A stretch of DNA of 64,000 nucleotides from Candidatus Aegiribacteria sp. (GTDB lineage: Bacteria > Fermentibacterota > Fermentibacteria > Fermentibacterales > JCC-6): assembly GCA_030600545.1 (NCBI GenBank), contig JAUVLV010000005.1, positions 118-64,117 of the forward strand, written 5' to 3'. Below the pieces are notes generated by a model. The model was not told the origin of the DNA and searched no databases. It saw nothing but the letters and a program-made list of their open reading frames with translations. Of this stretch, positions 39,062 through 45,437 are shown in pieces (the stretch's first letter is position 1; every line of letters starts with the position of its first letter). The position numbers were made by a program, and so were the translations under genes.

Positions 39062-39225
39062 TATTGAGTTGCAGATAAGCGGTTCCTCGGTGCATTCCTG
39101 CAGTATAACAACGGTTTCGTGTTCCGCGACCTGTAACTGCAGTGAAATCGGATTTTAAGACACATATGGATTGGAAGACCGATAGCATAATGCCAGGAGA
39201 ATTGCCAAATGATAATGTATAACGT

Positions 39226-40323
39226 ATGTATAATACTATGAATGATAATGTGAAAATAGTAGTACCGCCGTTAAGCGTTATTTACCTGTACATTACGGGT
39301 TCGTGCAACCTTAACTGCCGCCATTGCTGGATAGACCCGGTCTTTGAAAAAGATGGCATCTCACCTGACAAATATCTCCCCTGGGCGGACATTAAGAAGA
39401 TCGCTGAAGATGCCCGGGAATTGGGGCTGGGGCTAATCAAGATAACGGGAGGAGAACCGTTCCTCCACCCGGAAATGTGTGATATTCTCTATAGACTGAA
39501 GGAGATGGGGTTATCTCTGAGTATGGAGACGAACGGCACCCTTATCGGCGAGCGGGAAGCAGTGGCGCTTAAAGACAATGCTGTCAGATTCTCGGTTTCC
39601 ATAGACGGGCCGACAGCCGAGATGCATGACAGCCTGCGTGGTGTTAAAGGTGCTTTTGATAGAACAATGACCGGTCTGAAACATGTGCGGCGGGAAAAGC
39701 TCGATTTTCAGATCATCTCCTGTCTTTACCGCGGCAATTCAGACCGACTGGCTGAAATGGTTGAATTTGCCCGACAGGTGGGTGCCAGTTCTCTGAAAAT
39801 TAATGTCATCAACAGTATCGCCCGGTCTGATCAAATGAACAAGGCAGGTGAATTGCTGACCGTGCCGGAAGTCCTGTCGGTTTACCGTGATTTTAAGCAG
39901 GAGCTTGTTGATCTTGAGAATTTCCGCGTAATTTTTGATATTCCCCCGGCGTTCAAAAGTTTGAAAGAGATCCGGACCCACGGCTTTGGTACCTGCGGTA
40001 TTCTTTACATACTGGGGGTGCTTCACAATGGTCATGCAGGGTTATGCGGAATTGGTCTGCATGTAAAAGAACTGGATTTCGGCGATCTGAAAACACTTGG
40101 AATAAAACAAATATGGGAGGAGAACGCTATTCTCAACTCCATAAGGGAAAACCTGCCCCACAGCCTGGAGGGTATCTGCGGCCGGTGCGCACTGCGATCG
40201 TACTGCCTTGGTAAATGCATTGCAAATACGTATAATATTAAGCAAAACCTTTTTGGAGCCTATGGATTCTGCCAGGACGCGTACAGCATGGGACTGTTCC
40301 CTGAGACGAGGATTGTTAATTGA
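39226..40323 (+). CDS. Radical SAM/SPASM enzyme (second maturase candidate)
   Basis: ITGSCNLNCRHCW and ITGGEPFLHPE. C-terminus GTCGILY..HAGLCGIG..GICGRCALRSYCLGKC. An alternative start at 39238 is coupled to a 10-codon uORF. Confidence 0.9.
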   Translation: MYNTMNDNVKIVVPPLSVIYLYITGSCNLNCRHCWIDPVFEKDGISPDKYLPWADIKKIAEDARELGLGLIKITGGEPFLHPEMCDILYRLKEMGLSLSMETNGTLIGEREAVALKDNAVRFSVSIDGPTAEMHDSLRGVKGAFDRTMTGLKHVRREKLDFQIISCLYRGNSDRLAEMVEFARQVGASSLKINVINSIARSDQMNKAGELLTVPEVLSVYRDFKQELVDLENFRVIFDIPPAFKSLKEIRTHGFGTCGILYILGVLHNGHAGLCGIGLHVKELDFGDLKTLGIKQIWEENAILNSIRENLPHSLEGICGRCALRSYCLGKCIANTYNIKQNLFGAYGFCQDAYSMGLFPETRIVN

Positions 40324-40949
40324 AACATTCGGCAGAGGAAAACTACTCAGCGGTTAAAAACCTCACCAGCAGAGAAAATTTCTGTCTTTATATGCTTGAA
40401 GGCGGGAGTATGCGCCCCGCTTTTCATGAGGGAGATCTCCTTCTTTTGAAAAAAGTGCCGTCGGTATCACTGAAACCGGGCAATGTTATCGCCTTTTATT
40501 CACCTTGTCTCCAGAAAACTGTCATACACCGGATCATTGGATTCCGGAATACCGATACAGATCGTTTATTGCTTACCCGGGGAGACAGCTCCGGCCGTCC
40601 GGACGAACCGGTACAGCTGCAATTTGTTAAGGGACGTGTTTCCGCGCGATTGAGTAACGGCCATTTTCAGCCAGGCAAACGGTATCATGAATTATTCTGG
40701 CTTCACGCATCCCGGTGGCGCCGATCATTTCGTCGTTTAGTTAAATACCTGGCTGTTAAAATCACACAGATAGTATTTCCTGTTCTGCCAGTTCGGGTTC
40801 GAGCGCGGCTGAGAGGTCTGAAAATATTGAAAACTGCTTTTCCGGGTAAAAGAATGATTGAGGAAGAACTCCGGCCGGGCACCGGGAATCGTGTCTGGAT
40901 TCATCCGCTGTTCGCGAAAACAAGGCTGAATGACAGGTTCAGAATATGA
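40320..40949 (+). CDS. S26-type peptidase (Ser/His, archaeal/SipW-like signal-peptidase fold); leader-peptidase candidate
   Basis: GGSMRPAFHEGDLLLLKK (nucleophile Ser), TVIHRIIGF (His in place of the bacterial Lys), and LLTRGDSSGRPDEP (GDxN-type box). TTG start overlaps the rSAM stop. No N-terminal TM anchor is evident. Confidence 0.6.
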   Translation: MKHSAEENYSAVKNLTSRENFCLYMLEGGSMRPAFHEGDLLLLKKVPSVSLKPGNVIAFYSPCLQKTVIHRIIGFRNTDTDRLLLTRGDSSGRPDEPVQLQFVKGRVSARLSNGHFQPGKRYHELFWLHASRWRRSFRRLVKYLAVKITQIVFPVLPVRVRARLRGLKILKTAFPGKRMIEEELRPGTGNRVWIHPLFAKTRLNDRFRI

Positions 40950-41221
40950 CAGACTTACAGTACAGATTAAATCCGAAGATCGTTTTCCGGGAAGAGGAGG
41001 GTGAGTCCCTGCTGTTTGATCCCGATACCGGCCGGGTCAAGATTCTCAACGAAACCGGTACTCTGATCTATGAGCTGTTAACGCAGAAATTGAGCAGGGA
41101 AAAGATAGTTGATTCCATCACATCCGAATACGACAATATGAACCGTCAGGACCTGGAGCAGGATCTTGACGAATTTGCGGCTCAAATGGAGCAATCGGGC
41201 ATTTTAACAGTTATTACATAA
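40946..41221 (+). CDS. Stand-alone PqqD-family (RRE-type) peptide-binding protein
   Basis: IVFREEEGESLLFDPDTGRVKILNETGTLIYELL..SREKIVDSITSEY..DLDEFAAQMEQSGIL. ATGA overlap with the upstream gene. Confidence 0.75.
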   Translation: MTDLQYRLNPKIVFREEEGESLLFDPDTGRVKILNETGTLIYELLTQKLSREKIVDSITSEYDNMNRQDLEQDLDEFAAQMEQSGILTVIT

Positions 41222-41231
41222 GGAGAAGATA

Positions 41232-41486
41232 ATGACAGTCAAAAAGAAAGCATACGAAAAGCCGATGATTCAGGATCTCGGGCGGATATTGACCGGTTCA
41301 GCGCAAATGCCGATGGGCTATTGCACTTCTGGTGATTCTCCCTCCGGAGCACAGCAGGAATGTACGGGAGGAAGCGGCGTTTCGACTGCGTGCGTCGGTG
41401 GGAATTTATTCAACTATCCTCAGGATGTCTGCCAGGCCGGGGGAGTGGCAGCTGATTATTGCGGCTTCGGGGGATCTGTTGGTTGA
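41232..41486 (+). CDS. RiPP precursor-peptide candidate (84 aa): Lys-rich leader and Cys/Gly-rich repetitive core
   Basis: AGGAG 6 nt upstream of the ATG. The leader is MTVKKKAYEKPMIQDLGRILTGSA. The core has 5 Cys, each in a CxxG context, with spacing C-x12-C-x9-C-x12-C-x9-C. It sits inside the rSAM/PqqD cassette. Confidence 0.7.
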   Translation: MTVKKKAYEKPMIQDLGRILTGSAQMPMGYCTSGDSPSGAQQECTGGSGVSTACVGGNLFNYPQDVCQAGGVAADYCGFGGSVG

Positions 41487-41522
41487 GGTTTTGGAGCGAC
41501 GCCTTAAATCGGAGAGGAATTA

Positions 41523-42404
41523 TTGCGTTTCAGCATCCGGCTTCCATTAACAGAGACTGCAGTCTCATTGGTCATAAGGGACAGTGTATTATTCAATCCT
41601 GATTCCTCACCGCCGGTATTCAAACCTTTTGATATTGAACAGTCCGATTCGTTCAGGAAAGTGTATACAATCGACCTTGTCATGGCCGATGGAAAAACCC
41701 GGCCGACCGGTCGGCAGCTTCTGAATTATCGCGATGTTGTTAGTATCTATGAAAATGATATGCAGCTCTTTGTTGAACTGGCTGAAACTGCTTCAGATGA
41801 TTGCCAGGTTCTGGCCAACATGGGCGTTTCACTCGCACTCTGTCATATACTCTGCCGGGAGAATATTTTCCTCCTTCATGCCGCCTCGATCGTCAGAAAC
41901 AACCAGGGGTTTATTTTCCCAGGCCGAAGCGGCTCCGGCAAAACAACTCTTTCCAGATTGTCTATCGACGAAAACCACGTACTGTGCGATGAGCACTCCG
42001 CGGTGATGGGCAATAGTGCTTGCCGTGCGGATGAAACCGGCAGTGCCTACAGTGTTTTTCCCGGTCCCCGGTGGGCTCAGTTCACGTTTGATCCTGAATA
42101 TTACAGTGAAGCAGCCTGGCGGGATGAGCCCTATCGCGCCTTCCCCCTGAAGGCCATCATTTTCCCGAGCAGGTCGGGCCTGCGCGACGACACATGGCTT
42201 GAGAGGCTCGACAAAATTGACGCAACCGTTTCATTGATTGAGCGGTTCATTGACACCTCCTTTGTAAAAGCACTGCCGGCTGAAACCCATAGAAAAGCTT
42301 TTCATTTCTTCTCGCAGCTTGCGCGAAGCATCCCCTGCTACAGCATTCATGCTAATCTTCAGACCGATTTCTGGAAGACAATCGATGAAACAGTCGGGCG
42401 GTAA
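41523..42404 (+). CDS. HPr-kinase-C-terminal-like P-loop protein
   Basis: LLHAASIVRNNQGFIFPGRSGSGKTTLSRLS...VLCDEHSAV resembles the HprK C-terminal G.SG.GKS/T...L..DD block. TTG start after GGAGAGGA. Confidence 0.55.
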   Translation: MRFSIRLPLTETAVSLVIRDSVLFNPDSSPPVFKPFDIEQSDSFRKVYTIDLVMADGKTRPTGRQLLNYRDVVSIYENDMQLFVELAETASDDCQVLANMGVSLALCHILCRENIFLLHAASIVRNNQGFIFPGRSGSGKTTLSRLSIDENHVLCDEHSAVMGNSACRADETGSAYSVFPGPRWAQFTFDPEYYSEAAWRDEPYRAFPLKAIIFPSRSGLRDDTWLERLDKIDATVSLIERFIDTSFVKALPAETHRKAFHFFSQLARSIPCYSIHANLQTDFWKTIDETVGR

Positions 42405-42666
42405 GACAATGTCGGCCAGGGAAGATTTTGCCGTCGAGGAATTCGGCGGAGAAGCTTTGATAGTAAGGCTTGCAGATATGCGTTTATTCAGGGTCAACAA
42501 ACATGCCCTGGTATTATTTGAGATGTTGCTGGAGTCCAACTGTAATGCTGCCGCTGCTGTAGAGACTGCTGAAAAACATAAGATGGATCTGGATCCTAAG
42601 GATATTGAATCGGTTCAGAAGATTTTGTTTTCCTCAGAAAAAGATCGAGGGAAAAGTCAGCTGTAG
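42385..42666 (+). CDS. Small PqqD-like protein (third RRE-type module); start 42385 or 42409
   Basis: FAVEEFGGEALIVRLADMRLFRVNKHALVLFEMLLESN...DPKDIESVQKIL follows the PqqD pattern (v.e.vdge.vl.....g.l..lN.tA..i...l). The track start at 42319 lies inside the upstream gene. Confidence 0.45.
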   Translation: MKQSGGKTMSAREDFAVEEFGGEALIVRLADMRLFRVNKHALVLFEMLLESNCNAAAAVETAEKHKMDLDPKDIESVQKILFSSEKDRGKSQL

Positions 42667-42683
42667 GCACTGGCCTGAATGGT

Positions 42684-42911
42684 TTACATCTCATGGTACT
42701 TGGCATAGTCCTGGAAGATGACTCTTATATTCCCGCGGTGCTCCTCCACTACAAAATCCTTTATGGATATACCATCAATATTTATGCTGCCTGATGCAGG
42801 ATCACAAAGCCCCGCCAGATTTCCCAGGAGATACCGGTACTTCCCGGTGGAACCTGCAGTGTTTACCATCCACATTTCAGATAGTATTTTAACATCTGTG
42901 CGGTACTTATC
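42684..42911 (-). pseudogene. ABC-transporter ATP-binding domain relic (Walker A to Q-loop segment only)
   Basis: DVKILSEMWMVNTAGSTGKYRYLLGNLAGLCDPASGSINIDGISIKDFVVEEHRGNIRVIFQDYA aligns with l.dvs..i..Ge.v.ivG.SGSGKSTll.ll.gl..p..G.I.iDG.di......lR..i..v.Qd. Walker A is degenerate, and stops bound an open frame of about 76 codons. Confidence 0.5.
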
Positions 42912-42962
42912 TCATAGCATTTCATGATTTTTTATAGAATGCTTAAAAGGAGAATTTCATAA

Positions 42963-43460
42963 ATGGATTACCGACTTATAATTTTCGATGCTGATGGAAC
43001 ACTCAGGTACTGCACGGTTGAGGGGCAGCCTTGCCCGAACAGGGCCGGTGAATGGAAGCTTTATCCGGGTGTGATCGAGACGCTCGAACGATTCAACTGG
43101 GCGCATCCCGGAGAAGAAACCGGAGTTGGCTATGGTATTGCCAGTAATCAGGGAGGCGTGGGCGTTGGCTACTTTGCTGAGAGTACTGCCATCGCACTCC
43201 TTGAGGATACATTCATTGAGGCGTTCGGTTTCAGCCCTGCTGAGGAAACTATCGAGATATGTCCTCACGTTCCGCACAGTGGATGTGGTTGCCGAAAACC
43301 TGAGCCCACGATGCTTAACCGCCTTATGAAACTTTACGGGACCTCTCCCGATCATGTTCTTTTCGTAGGTGATCGAGATGCCGACAGGAAGGCTGCTTTC
43401 AACGCCGGATGTGATTTTCAGTGGGCCAGTGAGTTCTTTGACAGAGATCCTGAATCATAA
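42963..43460 (+). CDS. HAD-IIIA phosphatase (GmhB/HisB-N-like)
   Basis: LIIFDADGTLR, GIASNQGGVG, CPHVPHSGCGCRKPEPTML (Zn-finger-like insert plus the CRKP motif), and FVGDRDADRKAAFNAGC. Confidence 0.75.
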   Translation: MDYRLIIFDADGTLRYCTVEGQPCPNRAGEWKLYPGVIETLERFNWAHPGEETGVGYGIASNQGGVGVGYFAESTAIALLEDTFIEAFGFSPAEETIEICPHVPHSGCGCRKPEPTMLNRLMKLYGTSPDHVLFVGDRDADRKAAFNAGCDFQWASEFFDRDPES

Positions 43461-43515
43461 TCAGGAATGGAAGTGGCTCTATGGATAAATTGTGTAGGAA
43501 TACGGAAATCCCGCT

Positions 43516-44721
43516 TCAGAAGTAATATCCCGATGACATAAAACATACTCCTGGCCAGGAGCCGAACTCTGATAAAGGGGTAGCATCGCAGGAAAGAGGT
43601 TTTTTCCCCACTCCTTGCCTGTAACCCATATTTAGAACAATATCTTCCCGGACACTGTATTCTCCCGATAGAGAGATGTAGGCTGATGGGTCGGCAAGGT
43701 TAAAGAGGGCGCTTGCGTTGAGGTTCAGGAGCGGGCTGAGTGTCCATGAAAGGCCGGGGCACAGGTAGTGCCTTCCCAGAAGGTAGATTCCGCCGTTCGT
43801 CCATGCCGGGCCTGTGATAATGTCAGTATAATCCGCAGCATCGTCCGACCCGGAGGAATTGAAATGGTATTCAAGGTATCCATACAGAGTGGCATTAAAC
43901 CAGCTCCTGTCGTAACCTGTTGAAATGCTCCAGAAAGTATCTTCATCCTCCGTTTCTTCCTCTCCGAAAAAGCTTGTGGTTACTACTGCTAATTCCATCC
44001 ATCCCGTTCCCCTTCCAAGGGAACGGTTGAGGCTTCCTCCTATCATGAGATTTTTCCTGAAGCATGCTGTAATAAGGGTGGCATCCGTCCGGAACAGATA
44101 AAACCTGCCACGAAGCCAGCAGCCGCTTTCTGAGAATCGTCCGTTCTTACCAAAAACATAACCCGCGTCCAGTTCGGACATCATACCAACTGGAAAAACC
44201 GACCTTATTGCATCTACGCCTGTTCTGTATTCTGTATTCACTGTGCCGTACTGAAAGGGCGCAATAAAATCGGTTGGGCTTATGGATTTGGCAACTCCCC
44301 AGAAAATGGCCTGTCTTCCAGCTGTCAATGTTGCTATTGAGGTTCTCAGAGAGAGATTCAGCCTGTCAAGGTTCTGAAGTATGCTGAAGGATTCGTCACC
44401 GTTCCAGCCGGAAGGAAATATTCTTCTTTCAAGCTCAGCCATTCTGAATATATGTGAATCATTTCCACTGGTATTACCGCTGAGAGCAGGATTACCCGCA
44501 GTAGGAACTGGAACCCATGCTGAATTGAAATCCAATTCTCCGATTTCATGATGCAGCATCAATCTGAGTGGAACCTGGAATACGTAACGAAGGGAGGAGT
44601 CGGGAAAGGTCTGATCTGTTATTGAAAACTCCGGTTTAAGGACACCGGATATTTCGATTTCGTTGGCTGTTACTCCGTTGATCACTGACAGGATGAAAGT
44701 AAAGAATATGATCGATTTCAT
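43516..44721 (-). CDS. Predicted outer-membrane beta-barrel protein, last gene of the ABC cassette
   Basis: Signal peptide, alternating beta-strand-like pattern rich in G/S/Y/W, and a C-terminal ..SSGYYF. ATGA-type overlap with the ATPase gene. Confidence 0.5.
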   Translation of the reverse strand: MKSIIFFTFILSVINGVTANEIEISGVLKPEFSITDQTFPDSSLRYVFQVPLRLMLHHEIGELDFNSAWVPVPTAGNPALSGNTSGNDSHIFRMAELERRIFPSGWNGDESFSILQNLDRLNLSLRTSIATLTAGRQAIFWGVAKSISPTDFIAPFQYGTVNTEYRTGVDAIRSVFPVGMMSELDAGYVFGKNGRFSESGCWLRGRFYLFRTDATLITACFRKNLMIGGSLNRSLGRGTGWMELAVVTTSFFGEEETEDEDTFWSISTGYDRSWFNATLYGYLEYHFNSSGSDDAADYTDIITGPAWTNGGIYLLGRHYLCPGLSWTLSPLLNLNASALFNLADPSAYISLSGEYSVREDIVLNMGYRQGVGKKPLSCDATPLSEFGSWPGVCFMSSGYYF

Positions 44722-45428
44722 TCAAATTTTTCCGGGGATGTGTTTCCATCCAGCTTTCCATCCCTCAGAACAACAATCTTCTTTGCCCTCTGTATTACGA
44801 TCTCATCATGGGTTGAAAACAGAAAAGTCATTCCAGTTTCCTCGTTGAGCTTTCGCATCATATCAAGAAGGGCTCCACTGGTTTTTGAATCAAGGTTCGC
44901 TGTAGGCTCATCGGCAATAACAAGGGAAGGACGGGAGACCACCGCTCTGGCCACCGCCACTCTCTGTTGCTGGCCTCCCGATAACTGAAGGGGCAGCCTT
45001 GTGGCGTATTCGGCGATTCCTACTTTTTCCAGACTGTTCATTACCCTTTTGTGGCGTTCAGCGGGAGGAATTCCCTGGAGAAGCATTATGTATTCAACAT
45101 TTTCCTCTACCGTGAGTACCGGAAACAGATTGTAAGCCTGGAAAACAAAGCCTATATGATCCCTCCTGAAGTCGGAAAGCTCTCTTCCGCTCATCTCGGA
45201 AATCAGTTTTCCTGATAGCCATACTTTCCCCTCGGTGGGCGTATCGAGCCCGGCCAGAACATTGAGAAAGGTCGTTTTTCCCGAACCGGATGGTCCAATT
45301 ATGGCAGTGAATTCTCCTTTTGTAAGGGTGTAGTCTATGCCCCTTACCGCATGGACAGGAACACCGGAATCATCGTAGGTTTTTACAATTCCTTCAGCGA
45401 CTATTACATTGGTATCAACCATATACAT
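44718..45428 (-). CDS. ABC transporter ATP-binding protein (MacB/LolD type)
   Basis: GPSGSGKTTFLNVLAGLD, LSGGQQQRVAVARA, and LVIADEPTANLD. Confidence 0.9.
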   Translation of the reverse strand: MYMVDTNVIVAEGIVKTYDDSGVPVHAVRGIDYTLTKGEFTAIIGPSGSGKTTFLNVLAGLDTPTEGKVWLSGKLISEMSGRELSDFRRDHIGFVFQAYNLFPVLTVEENVEYIMLLQGIPPAERHKRVMNSLEKVGIAEYATRLPLQLSGGQQQRVAVARAVVSRPSLVIADEPTANLDSKTSGALLDMMRKLNEETGMTFLFSTHDEIVIQRAKKIVVLRDGKLDGNTSPEKFE

Positions 45429-45437
45429 CTCCGTGAT

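Noticed and set aside
37625-42666. Interpretation of the cassette as a lasso-peptide cluster (PqqD + HprK-like kinase + LG...TG leader)
   Set aside because: No asparagine-synthetase-like lasso cyclase or transglutaminase-like B protease is present. There is no Asp/Glu at core positions 7-9 after the putative cleavage site. Two rSAM/SPASM enzymes dominate instead.
37625-42666. Claiming the RiPP cassette is a compositional (GC) island
   Set aside because: Spot counts on individual 60-nt lines gave about 45-57% GC, which is not clearly different from the flanks. The island argument therefore rests only on the IS91 and ABC relics and the AbiE-like pair.
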